A stretch of DNA of 64,000 nt from an uncultured Prevotella sp. (GTDB taxonomy: Bacteria; Bacteroidota; Bacteroidia; Bacteroidales; Bacteroidaceae): positions 3,812 through 67,811 of the forward strand of contig CAMKUA010000008.1 in NCBI GenBank assembly GCA_946415825.1, in the 5' to 3' direction. Below the pieces are notes generated by a model that had not been told where the DNA came from, searched no databases, and saw only the letters and a program-made list of their open reading frames with translations. Shown here one piece after another: positions 1 to 8,943 of this stretch (within the stretch, counting starts at the first letter, position 1; every line of letters begins with the position of its first letter). The position numbers were made by a program, and so were the translations under genes.

Positions 1-2
1 AA

Positions 3-1403
3 CATCTGAACGAGGCATTGACCTCTGCCTATGCTCCTTTACACTGGCCCGACTGGGACGGTACGGCTTACAACGACCTGACCTGCGATGCAGAGATTAT
101 GGGCGACGACTTCTGGGTTGGCGGATCGAGCATCAGCGACAACCAGCACTGGCATAAGCTCTTCAACTTCGAGGGTGATGGTAACAATACCCTTGGTACG
201 CTCTGGGGCGACTTCTACAGTGGTATCAAGCGTTGCAACGACGTAATCCAGTATTGCTCATGGGGTGGTGGCACTGAGGCCAATCGCCGCAGCTACGAGA
301 TGCAGGCCCGTCTGCTCCGTGTATATTACTACAGCATTCTGTGGCATTATTATGGCAACGTGCCTTTCTATCTGGAGAACCTCTCTTCACCCTATACTGC
401 TCCGCAGATTACTGCTGATGAGATCTATAACAATCTGCTGCCTGAATTGGAAGATATCATTGCTTCTAATGTGCTTCCCATGCGTTGGAATGCCAGTGAG
501 TCAGGTCGCGTGTCACAGGCCATGGCCTATATGCTCTATGCAGAAATGGTTATGTATCAGAACGACAGTGCACGTTATCCGCAGGCTCTTACCTATATGA
601 AGCAGATTATCAGTGACTCCAATTACTCACTGAATCCTGATTTCAACGACCTGTGGTCAGAGAATGGCGAGTGGTGCTCAGAGAGCATCTTCGAGATCAA
701 CTATGATGATGACAATGCCCAGCGCGACTGGGGTACACCGCTTCACGCTGGTGGTACCGTGTTCCCCACGCTCTGTTCTCCTAACACCTGGTCGGGTGGC
801 GAAGGATGGGATGCCGGTATGGATGGCTGGGGATTCCTCCCGATGCGAGTAGAGACCTATAATATGTATGATGAGAACGACAAGCGTCGTGCCGCTACCT
901 GTTGGGATGTTCGTGGCTACAGCTATACCGAGCGTTATCAGGACACTCACATCTGGCATGGCAAGTATCGTCCGCAGACAGCTAATTGTCAGGATTGTCC
1001 GAGTTCAAAGAACCTGAACTACAACAACAACAAGCGCATCTACCGTTATGCAGAGACCCTGCTCAACGCAGCAGAACTGCTGTTGCAGACAGGTGGCAGT
1101 GCCTCTGAGGCTGCTGGCTATGTGAATGAGGTTCGTGCCCGTGCCGGTCTGGCTGCTCTGAATGGTGTCACCATCGATGATATTCTGAACGAGCGTCACC
1201 TGGAGTTCTGTGGCGAGGGCAAGCGTTACTTCGACCTTGTACGCGCTGAAGGCATCAGCGGTGCTACTGAAAAGGCTACTCTGAAGCTGGTTCCCGACAG
1301 CTATGGCTATCGCACCAATACCTGGTCGGCCAGCAAGAAGTATATTCCTCTGTCACAGTCTGAGCTCGATGCTGATCCGACACTGGTTCAGAACAACTAT
1401 TAA
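3..1403 (+). CDS. RagB/SusD family glycan-binding outer-membrane lipoprotein (5'-truncated by window edge)
   Basis: Frame is open from base 3. SusD motifs: YYGNVP, RYAETLLNAAE, VNEVRARAGL, ERHLEFCGEGKRYFDLVR, and C-terminal DPTLVQN. Confidence 0.93.
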   Translation, partial: HLNEALTSAYAPLHWPDWDGTAYNDLTCDAEIMGDDFWVGGSSISDNQHWHKLFNFEGDGNNTLGTLWGDFYSGIKRCNDVIQYCSWGGGTEANRRSYEMQARLLRVYYYSILWHYYGNVPFYLENLSSPYTAPQITADEIYNNLLPELEDIIASNVLPMRWNASESGRVSQAMAYMLYAEMVMYQNDSARYPQALTYMKQIISDSNYSLNPDFNDLWSENGEWCSESIFEINYDDDNAQRDWGTPLHAGGTVFPTLCSPNTWSGGEGWDAGMDGWGFLPMRVETYNMYDENDKRRAATCWDVRGYSYTERYQDTHIWHGKYRPQTANCQDCPSSKNLNYNNNKRIYRYAETLLNAAELLLQTGGSASEAAGYVNEVRARAGLAALNGVTIDDILNERHLEFCGEGKRYFDLVRAEGISGATEKATLKLVPDSYGYRTNTWSASKKYIPLSQSELDADPTLVQNNY

Positions 1404-1433
1404 TTGATAATTGAGAATTGAAAATTGATAATT
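1402..1433. repeat. Heptamer tandem repeat (AATTGAN)x4 filling an intergenic spacer
   Basis: aattgat aattgag aattgaa aattgat aatt. Confidence 0.8.
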
Positions 1434-1441
1434 AAAGGATT

Positions 1442-3871
1442 ATGAAGAATTTATTTAAATATACAATAGGTGTTCTGTTCGCAGGTCTGACGATGACAGC
1501 CTGCTCGCCCGACACTTTCGATGGCGCAGACCCCAATAAGATCCCAACGATGGATGGCGTTGATTTCCGGATGGACGTTGATCAGGAAACCAATCAGATG
1601 ATTGCCACCTATATTCCACAGGCAGGAACCTATCCCATCTGGATCCTGAATGGTACACAGTATTCAACCCTGCAGGAAGTGGGTTTCCAGAACCCCGAGG
1701 CAGGTACCTATAGTGTAGAGCTGAAGCTTGGTAACCGCAACGGTTTCAGTCAGGGCTCCGTAGTTAAGAACTTCACCTTCAACGAGACGAAGATTGACTA
1801 TAGTGCAGATTTCCGTCGCCTCTGCGATAAGGAGTGGCGCTTCGCCAACAAGGAAATTGGTCACCTTGGCTGTGGCCCTGCTGGTACGGCAGGTACGGAG
1901 TGGTGGTCAGCCCAGCCCGACGACAAGAAGGACTTTGGTATGTATGACGACCGTATCACTTTCACGGCAGAGACCCGCAAGGGCGGTACCTATAACTATA
2001 GTGCAGGTGCTGATGGCATGACCTACGTGAACACAGGAACCACCAAGTGGGGTTCTGAGCCTGCTGACTTTGATGCTGCTATCGGTGACGATAGTGCAGG
2101 TTGGAGCTTCGAGGTGTATGAATGGGAGGATGCTGACGGAAATGTGACGAAGCAGACCTATATCCAGCTGGATCCCAACACTGTATTCCCCTATATCTCT
2201 TCAGATCTCCAGTTCGAGAATCCTAAGTTCCGCATCGAGTCGTTGACAGCTTCTAAGCTGGTGCTCGTCTATGATGCTCCTGATCGTAGTATTGCCTGGC
2301 GCTTCATCTTTACCAGTGCTGAGGCTGAGACTGTCTTCGAGGGCTTCGATCCTAACAGCGACTTCAACATGTGGAAGGGTATCACCCCGGTGATGTCGTT
2401 CTACTACAATCCTGATCCAGGTTGGGGCAACGACCAGACCGCTACTTTCGAGAGTCTCTTCAAGGGTGGTGACAACGACTATACCGTTACCGTTCCCGAG
2501 GCTTGTTACGATCGTTGGCAGGCACAGGTTCACTTCCATACCGATCTGAACATCTCTGCCGCCAGTCACTATGACTTCTCTGCTATCTTCAGCAGTGATG
2601 TGGATATCGACGGTGTTACGGTGAAGCTGACGAACGAGGCTGATAACGATGCCATCATCGACGTTGACAATCTGAACCTGAAGGCTGGTGAGGATGTGGT
2701 GTTCTGGAAGAGCGACATCCCTGGTCTTGACCTCTCACAGGTGAAACTTGTGCTCGACTTCGGTCGTGCTGCTGGTCCTACGGTTGTGAATGTACGTAAT
2801 ATCGTTCTGAAGGATCATGCCAACGACGATGGTACTAAGTTGCCGGAGGAGACTCCTGAGGAGGGCGGTGAGACACCTGCTGCTACCATGGACTGGAACT
2901 ACGAGGCTGGCACCAACCTCTGGAAGGCTGTTGACGATGGTTCGATGTTCGATAAGTTCGGCTACTGGTTTGCCGACGACAGTTGGGGCGAGCTTCCTAA
3001 CCAGCCTGTAGCAACCCACGATGGTGATGTCTATGAGATCACACTGCCTGAGGGTATGGGTGGCTCACAGTGGCAGGGTCAGTTCCATATCGACACCAAA
3101 CTGACTGCCAGTGCCGATAAGTCCTATAACTTCTATCTCGTGATGGAAACTGACGCTGACTGTCCGGGTGTAACCTTCAAACTCACTGATTCTGGCGACT
3201 CTAACTTCTTCATCGAGGAGCGTGTGGATGTACCTGCTGACGGATTCGTGTTCAAGCGTGAGGGCGTGACCCTGAAAGATGGTCTGGATGCTTCTGCCAT
3301 CCGTCTGTTCTTCGACTTCGGAGGCAGTCCTGCTGGCACCCATGTCAAGATCAGCAAGATCTATTTCGAGGAGGAAGTGTCTATCAACTACGACGATGCT
3401 GACAACCTCTGGAAGGCTGTTGACGATGGTTCGATGTTCGATAAGTTCGGTTACTGGTTTGCTGATGATAGTTGGGGCGAACTCCCCACTCAGCCAGAAG
3501 CCACTCTCAACGGCTCAACCTACGAGATCACACTGCCTGAGGGTATGGGTGGTTCACAGTGGCAGGGCCAGTTCCATATCGACACCAAGCTGACTGCTTC
3601 AGCATCTAAGAGCTATGCCTTCCAGTTTGACATCGAGGCTGACGACAACCTGCCACAGGTAACCATGAAGCTCACTGATGCTGGTGATACCAACTGGTTC
3701 ATTGAAGAGCGTCACGATGTGGCTGCTGACGAGTTAACCACTTTCACCTGGAAGGGCGTGATGACCCATGAGGGAGCCGATGCTACAGCCATCCGTCTGT
3801 TCTTCGACTTCGGTGGTAGTCCTGCTGGTACCCATGTCAAGATCAGCAATATCGTCTTCAAGGAATTATAA
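1442..3871 (+). CDS. Surface glycan-binding lipoprotein (SGBP-B-like) with tandem CBM-like domains
   Basis: Lipobox LTMTAC, position directly after SusD, and aromatic-rich beta domains (WQAQVH / WQGQFH, LFFDFGG). The last two domains are a 163-aa duplication. Confidence 0.75.
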   Translation: MKNLFKYTIGVLFAGLTMTACSPDTFDGADPNKIPTMDGVDFRMDVDQETNQMIATYIPQAGTYPIWILNGTQYSTLQEVGFQNPEAGTYSVELKLGNRNGFSQGSVVKNFTFNETKIDYSADFRRLCDKEWRFANKEIGHLGCGPAGTAGTEWWSAQPDDKKDFGMYDDRITFTAETRKGGTYNYSAGADGMTYVNTGTTKWGSEPADFDAAIGDDSAGWSFEVYEWEDADGNVTKQTYIQLDPNTVFPYISSDLQFENPKFRIESLTASKLVLVYDAPDRSIAWRFIFTSAEAETVFEGFDPNSDFNMWKGITPVMSFYYNPDPGWGNDQTATFESLFKGGDNDYTVTVPEACYDRWQAQVHFHTDLNISAASHYDFSAIFSSDVDIDGVTVKLTNEADNDAIIDVDNLNLKAGEDVVFWKSDIPGLDLSQVKLVLDFGRAAGPTVVNVRNIVLKDHANDDGTKLPEETPEEGGETPAATMDWNYEAGTNLWKAVDDGSMFDKFGYWFADDSWGELPNQPVATHDGDVYEITLPEGMGGSQWQGQFHIDTKLTASADKSYNFYLVMETDADCPGVTFKLTDSGDSNFFIEERVDVPADGFVFKREGVTLKDGLDASAIRLFFDFGGSPAGTHVKISKIYFEEEVSINYDDADNLWKAVDDGSMFDKFGYWFADDSWGELPTQPEATLNGSTYEITLPEGMGGSQWQGQFHIDTKLTASASKSYAFQFDIEADDNLPQVTMKLTDAGDTNWFIEERHDVAADELTTFTWKGVMTHEGADATAIRLFFDFGGSPAGTHVKISNIVFKEL

Positions 3872-3874
3872 TTA

Positions 3875-5014
3875 ATGAAACGATACATGCTTCATACAAT
3901 TCTGCTCACTCTCACTGTAGCCCTCACGGGTTGCAGTGGGAGCAGCGATGACTCCTCGATGCCATCGGCTCCTTCTATCACCGTATCGCCAGAGAGCATC
4001 TCTGCGCCTGCTGAAGGGGGAACCTACACCGTTAATGTCACGACGACTGGGGCAGAGTGGGGAAAAGGTGAGGTAAGTGATTTCCTGACAGTAAGCACAC
4101 AGAACACAGCATCCCAGACGGGTACTCTGACCATCACGGTTCCTGCTAATCCAGAGACAGAGGCCCGGACGGGTGCTGTCACCATCATGTCGGGTTCTGC
4201 CCGTAAAATGGTTACTGTTACACAGGAGGCTGCAGAGGAAGCTGCCTACTATGCACCTGATGGCTACAGAATGGTCTGGCAGGATGAGTTCAACGGCTCG
4301 GTCGATCCGTTGGCTAATTACGTGGCAGGTGCCAGCTATGAACTGAATGCCGACTACTGGACCCACGAGGTGAAAGGCAGTGGCTGGGTGAACCACGAGT
4401 TGCAGAACTACGTGAACCACAAGACTCCTGAAGGGGCCCTGGTTACCGAAGTGAAGGACGGCACCCTGCGCATCACTGCTCTCAAGGAGAATGGCAAGGT
4501 TTATTCTGGTCGTGTCTATGCCAAGGTGCGTGAAGGTTGGAGGTATGGTTATATCGAAGCCCGCATCAAACTTCCCAAAGGCAAGGGCACATGGCCTGCG
4601 TTCTGGATGATGCCTGTGAACTTCCACTCCTGGCCTGGCGATGGTGAGATCGACATTATGGAAGAGGTGGGCGTGAACCCCAACTATGTATCCTCAAGTC
4701 TTCATGCCAATGCCCATGTGCATTCTAATAATACACAGGTGACCCATGAGATGAAGTGCGAGGGTGCAGAGGGTGAGTTCCATACTTATGCCATGCTCTG
4801 GACGCATGAGAATATCACGACCTACGTGGATGGAAATGTACAACTGAGTTACGACAATCGTGGACTGGGGCGCGACGACTGGCCTTACGACGATCCGTTC
4901 TATATCATCTTCAATCTCGCCTGGGGTGGTGACTGGGGTGGTATGCATGGCGTCGATGAGAGTGCTCTCCCTGCCACGATGGAGGTTGACTACATCCGCG
5001 TGTTCCAAAAATAG
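3875..5014 (+). CDS. GH16 endo-beta-1,3(4)-glucanase lipoprotein with N-terminal BACON-like domain
   Basis: Lipobox LTGC; WQDEFNG, YGYIEARIKLP, WPAFWMM, catalytic GEIDIME, MEVDYIRVFQ. Confidence 0.93.
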   Translation: MKRYMLHTILLTLTVALTGCSGSSDDSSMPSAPSITVSPESISAPAEGGTYTVNVTTTGAEWGKGEVSDFLTVSTQNTASQTGTLTITVPANPETEARTGAVTIMSGSARKMVTVTQEAAEEAAYYAPDGYRMVWQDEFNGSVDPLANYVAGASYELNADYWTHEVKGSGWVNHELQNYVNHKTPEGALVTEVKDGTLRITALKENGKVYSGRVYAKVREGWRYGYIEARIKLPKGKGTWPAFWMMPVNFHSWPGDGEIDIMEEVGVNPNYVSSSLHANAHVHSNNTQVTHEMKCEGAEGEFHTYAMLWTHENITTYVDGNVQLSYDNRGLGRDDWPYDDPFYIIFNLAWGGDWGGMHGVDESALPATMEVDYIRVFQK

Positions 5015-5020
5015 TAGAAG

Positions 5021-6247
5021 ATGAAAAAATCATTCCTCTATCTCTTGATCCTCTTGCTGACTGCCTGCACGGCTGGTGACAGGCAGCAACAGGAGGGTTT
5101 TGTAACCATCCAGGGCCACGACCTGATAAAGCCTGATGGCAAGAAACTGTTTATCCAGGGTACAAACCTGGGCAACTGGCTTAATCCTGAGGGTTATATG
5201 TTCGGATTCAGTCGCACCAACTCTGCCTGGATGATCGACCTGCTCTTCAAGGAGGCTGTGGGACCCGACTTCACAGCTGAGTTCTGGAAACAGTTTAAGG
5301 ACAACTACGTCACCAAGGCTGACATCGACTTCATAGCCCAGCAAGGGGCCAACACCATCCGGTTGCCTTTCAACTACAAGCTCTTCACCGATGAAGACTA
5401 TATGGGACAGACGGGCGAGAAAGATGGTTTTGAGCGCATCGACTCAGTGGTGAGCTGGTGTAAGGACAATGGCCTGTATCTGATTCTGGACATGCACGAT
5501 TGTCCTGGTGGTCAGACGGGTGACAATATCGATGATGGCCATGGCTATCCCTGGTTGTTCGAGAGCGAGCAGAGTCAGCAGCTGTTCTGCAATATCTGGC
5601 GCAGGATAGCCGATCGCTATCAGGACGAGACGACCATCCTGGGCTATGAACTGATGAACGAGCCCATCGCTCACTATTTTGCCAACAAAGACTCACTATA
5701 TACCCTGCTCCAACCCCTTTACAAGCGTTGTGTCAAGGCTATCCGAGAGGTGGATGCCAACCACATCATCCTATTGGGTGGAGCCCACTGGAACAGTTTC
5801 TTCTGGATGCTCGACGATGCCAGCTACGACGACAAGCTGATGTACACTTGCCATCGCTATGGTGGTCCTGCCACCAGGGAGGCCATCTCGCACTACATCA
5901 ATTTCCGCGACTCCATCAACCGCCCCATGTATATGGGTGAGTTTGGTCATAATACCGACGAGTGGCAAAGCGATTTCGTCAATGTGCTCAAGGCTGTGAA
6001 CATCGGCTACACGTTCTGGCCCTATAAGAAGGTCGATAACTCCTGTATGATGGGCATCCAGCGTCCTGAGGGTTGGGACAGCATCGTGGTGAAATACTCA
6101 GAGACCTCTCGCAACACCTATCAGGAGTGGCGCGAGGCCCGTCCTGACCAGGCTAAGTTTAGAGACCTGCTCCAGAAGTTTGCAGATAACTGCCGCTTTG
6201 AAAAATGTACCCCACAAAAGGATTATATCCATACGATGGGGTTATAG
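5021..6247 (+). CDS. Glycoside hydrolase family 5 lipoprotein
   Basis: GTNLGNWL, NTIRLP, ILDMH, acid/base NEP, nucleophile YMGEFG, FWPYK; lipobox LTAC. Confidence 0.9.
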   Translation: MKKSFLYLLILLLTACTAGDRQQQEGFVTIQGHDLIKPDGKKLFIQGTNLGNWLNPEGYMFGFSRTNSAWMIDLLFKEAVGPDFTAEFWKQFKDNYVTKADIDFIAQQGANTIRLPFNYKLFTDEDYMGQTGEKDGFERIDSVVSWCKDNGLYLILDMHDCPGGQTGDNIDDGHGYPWLFESEQSQQLFCNIWRRIADRYQDETTILGYELMNEPIAHYFANKDSLYTLLQPLYKRCVKAIREVDANHIILLGGAHWNSFFWMLDDASYDDKLMYTCHRYGGPATREAISHYINFRDSINRPMYMGEFGHNTDEWQSDFVNVLKAVNIGYTFWPYKKVDNSCMMGIQRPEGWDSIVVKYSETSRNTYQEWREARPDQAKFRDLLQKFADNCRFEKCTPQKDYIHTMGL

Positions 6248-6311
6248 TGCGCCTACGAACGCACTCGAGTGCGCCCTCGTACGCACTGGAGTTCGCCTAC
6301 GTACGCACTGT
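6246..6311. repeat. Three tandem 22-bp palindromic (REP-like) units
   Basis: agtgcgcctacgaacgcactcg / agtgcgccctcgtacgcactgg / agttcgcctacgtacgcactgt; consensus stem AGTGCG...CGCACT. Confidence 0.85.
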
Positions 6312-6352
6312 GGAAAGATAACCTACTAAAACTCTAAGTAAAATACTCTCGG

Positions 6353-6381
6353 GCCTGTCTCTTTTCGGGACAGGCTTTTTT
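6353..6381 (+). terminator. Intrinsic terminator of the PUL
   Basis: gcctgtc-loop-gacaggc followed by tttttt. Confidence 0.8.
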
Positions 6382-6435
6382 GTGTCGGGGAGGTAACTTT
6401 TCTCAAAAAAGAGACTATTAATTAAATATTTTACT

Positions 6436-6443
6436 TACCTTTG
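6436..6443 (+). promoter_or_regulatory. Bacteroidota -7 promoter element (TACCTTTG)
   Basis: TAnnTTTG followed by CA, 30 nt before the ATG at 6474. Confidence 0.55.
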
Positions 6444-6473
6444 CAAACTGATTAGGAACCAAAACAGTTTTTT

Positions 6474-6551
6474 ATGAAAAGAATCCTTGCAACGGGTGGT
6501 GCCCGCCAGTTATATACCTTCCACTTTTTGAGAGATGGATATGATTTGTAA
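6474..6551 (+). pseudogene. Decayed N-terminal fragment of an NAD-dependent epimerase/dehydratase (GalE-like)
   Basis: MKRILATGGA...RDGYDL*LSDN resembles MKRILVTGGAGYIG...GYEVVVLDN. Confidence 0.5.
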
Positions 6552-6642
6552 CTTTCTGATAATCAATACGGAGTGGCGGGCGATGGGCAATTGCTCTCCA
6601 CTTTCTGTTTCATATACACTTACATGAGTACTGAATATGTTG

Positions 6643-6650
6643 TATCTTTG
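6643..6650 (+). promoter_or_regulatory. -7 promoter element for GH3 (TATCTTTG)
   Basis: TAnnTTTGCA 31 nt upstream of ATG 6682. Confidence 0.6.
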
Positions 6651-6681
6651 CACCAAGATTAGAATTTAAACCCAAAACAAA

Positions 6682-8943
6682 ATGACTAAAATGCTGATTT
6701 CAACCTTGTTGCTTATGATGACGACCCATGTTCAGGCTCATCAGTTGCCTACCTACCTCGACGAGTCGAAGCCCGTGGAGGAACGAATCGATGATGCGCT
6801 CTCTCGAATGACACTCGAAGAGAAGATCGCAGTAATCCATGCTCAGTCTAAGTTCTCCAGTCCTGGTGTGAAGCGCCTGGGATTCCCTGATTTCTGGACC
6901 GACGACGGTCCTCATGGCGTACGTCCCGACGTGCTTTGGGACGAATGGGAGCAGGCTGGTCAGTCTAACGACTCCTGTGTGGCTTTCCCTGCCTTGACCT
7001 GTCTGGCTGCTACGTGGAATCCGGAGATGGCCCGTATCTATGGAGAGAACCTGGGCGAGGAAGCCCTCTATCGTGATAAGGACATGATCCTGGGGCCTGG
7101 TGTGAACATCTATCGCACTCCCCTGGGCGGACGTAACTTTGAATATATGGGCGAAGACCCCTGGCTCGCCTCCAGAATGGTAGTGCCCTACATCCAAGGA
7201 TTGCAGTCGAAGGGTGTGGCAGCATGTGTGAAGCACTATGCCCTGAACAACGACGAGGAGTATCGCCATCAGGTGAATGTGGTTGTCTCCGACCGTGCCC
7301 TCCACGAGATCTATCTGCCTGCTTTCAAGGCAGCTGTCACTGAGGCAGGTACCTGGGGCATCATGGGAGCCTATAATCTGTATAAGAACCAGCATAATTG
7401 TCATAATGAGATTATGCTCAACCAGATACTGAAAGGTGACTGGAAGTATGACGGTGTGGTCGTATCTGATTGGGGCGGTTGCCATGATACCGAGGAGGCC
7501 ATCAAGAACGGGCTCGACATGGAGTTTGGCTCATGGACCGATGGTCTGATGATGGGTAAGACCAACGCCTACGACCTTTATTATATGGCTGATGCCTACA
7601 AGAAACTGATCAAGGAGGGCAAATATACGACTAAGGAACTCGACGACAAGGTGCGTCGTGTGCTTCGTCTTTTCTTCCGTACCACGATGAAGCGCCAGAA
7701 ACCCTTTGGATTCCTTTGTTCCGAGAGCCATTATGAAGCAGCCCTGAGGATTGCCCAGGAAGGTGTCGTGCTCCTGAAGAACGAAGCCTCCCCCAACCCC
7801 TCCAAAGGGAGGGGAGTTAAGACTCCGGTGCTACCTATTGATCCGACAGCTAAGCAGAAGATTCTTGTGGTGGGCGAGAATGCCATCAAGATGATGACGG
7901 TGGGTGGTGGCTCTTCCTCGCTGAAGGTTCAGCGTGAGATCTTGCCCCTCGACGGTATCCGTGAACGCTTCAAGGATAGTGAGGTTGATTTCGCCAGAGG
8001 CTATGTGGGCGATACTGTTCAGAGTTATAATGGCGTCACTGTTGGTCGCAGTCTTTACGAAACCCGTAGTGCTTCCGAACTGACTGCAGAGGCTGTGGAG
8101 AAGGCCCGCCAGGCTGATGTCGTCATCTTTATTGGTGGCCTGAATAAGAGCAATTATCAGGATTGTGAGGGTCACGACCGCAAGGAGTTCGGCCTTCCCT
8201 ATGGTCAGGATCAGCTCATCGAGGCGTTGGTAAAGGCCAACCCCCGTCTGGTGTATGTCAATATCTCAGGAAATGCTGTTGCCATGCCCTGGTTGGCCAA
8301 GGTGCCTGCGATTGTACAGGGGTGGTTCATCGGATCAGAGGCTGGTGAGGCCCTAGCCTCCGTCCTTGCTGGCGATGTGAATCCTTCGGGCAAGCTGCCT
8401 TTTACCTGGCATCAGCAGCTCAACGACTGTGGTGCCCATGCGCTCAACACCTATCCTGGTACTTGGAGAGATGATTACAAGATTATCGACGAGGAATACA
8501 AGGAGGGCATCTACGTGGGCTATCGCTGGACGGATAAACAGAAGATCAAGCCCCTCTTCGCCTTCGGACATGGTCTGAGTTATACCACCTTCAAGTTGGG
8601 TAAGGCCTCTGCAAATAAGACCCAGATAACAGCTGATGATCAGATATCGTTTACTGTCAATGTCACCAATACGGGTAAGTGTGCTGGTGCAGAGACTGTA
8701 CAGCTCTATGTCAGCGACAAGGAGGCCTCTGTTGACCGTCCCTTGAAGGAACTCAAGGCCTTCAGCAAGGTGTTCCTCCAGCCTGGAGAGAGTCGCGATG
8801 TCGTTCTGACGATAGGTCGTGATGCTCTGAGCTTCTACGACGAGGCCACCCATGCTTGGGTAGCAGAGCCAGGCACCTTCGAGGCGCTCATAGGCACTGC
8901 CTCCGACCAGCTGCCTGTCAAGTGCAGCTTCGAGTTGAAATGA
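6682..8943 (+). CDS. GH3 beta-glucosidase with C-terminal Fn3-like domain
   Basis: DGPHGVR, GRNFEYMGEDP, KHY, nucleophile SDW, NPSGKLP, YVGYRW, FGHGLSYTTF. Confidence 0.95.
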   Translation: MTKMLISTLLLMMTTHVQAHQLPTYLDESKPVEERIDDALSRMTLEEKIAVIHAQSKFSSPGVKRLGFPDFWTDDGPHGVRPDVLWDEWEQAGQSNDSCVAFPALTCLAATWNPEMARIYGENLGEEALYRDKDMILGPGVNIYRTPLGGRNFEYMGEDPWLASRMVVPYIQGLQSKGVAACVKHYALNNDEEYRHQVNVVVSDRALHEIYLPAFKAAVTEAGTWGIMGAYNLYKNQHNCHNEIMLNQILKGDWKYDGVVVSDWGGCHDTEEAIKNGLDMEFGSWTDGLMMGKTNAYDLYYMADAYKKLIKEGKYTTKELDDKVRRVLRLFFRTTMKRQKPFGFLCSESHYEAALRIAQEGVVLLKNEASPNPSKGRGVKTPVLPIDPTAKQKILVVGENAIKMMTVGGGSSSLKVQREILPLDGIRERFKDSEVDFARGYVGDTVQSYNGVTVGRSLYETRSASELTAEAVEKARQADVVIFIGGLNKSNYQDCEGHDRKEFGLPYGQDQLIEALVKANPRLVYVNISGNAVAMPWLAKVPAIVQGWFIGSEAGEALASVLAGDVNPSGKLPFTWHQQLNDCGAHALNTYPGTWRDDYKIIDEEYKEGIYVGYRWTDKQKIKPLFAFGHGLSYTTFKLGKASANKTQITADDQISFTVNVTNTGKCAGAETVQLYVSDKEASVDRPLKELKAFSKVFLQPGESRDVVLTIGRDALSFYDEATHAWVAEPGTFEALIGTASDQLPVKCSFELK
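7787..7816. repeat. GC-rich REP-like hairpin element inserted in frame in GH3
   Basis: CCTCCCCCAA-CCCCTCC-AAAG-GGAGGGG-AG; encodes the extra loop ASPNPSKGRG. Confidence 0.7.

Noticed and set aside
2914-3868. Diversity-generating retroelement template/variable repeat pair
   Set aside because: Both copies are in-frame domains of one gene, differences are not adenine-specific, and there is no reverse transcriptase.
6246-6311. Mini CRISPR array
   Set aside because: The units abut with no unique spacers and no cas genes are present.
8856-8939. Upstream extensions in the ORF track (also 48407, 54580, 34605, 30822, 44326)
   Set aside because: They overlap neighbouring genes or promoters; downstream ATGs give proper signal peptides or family N-termini.
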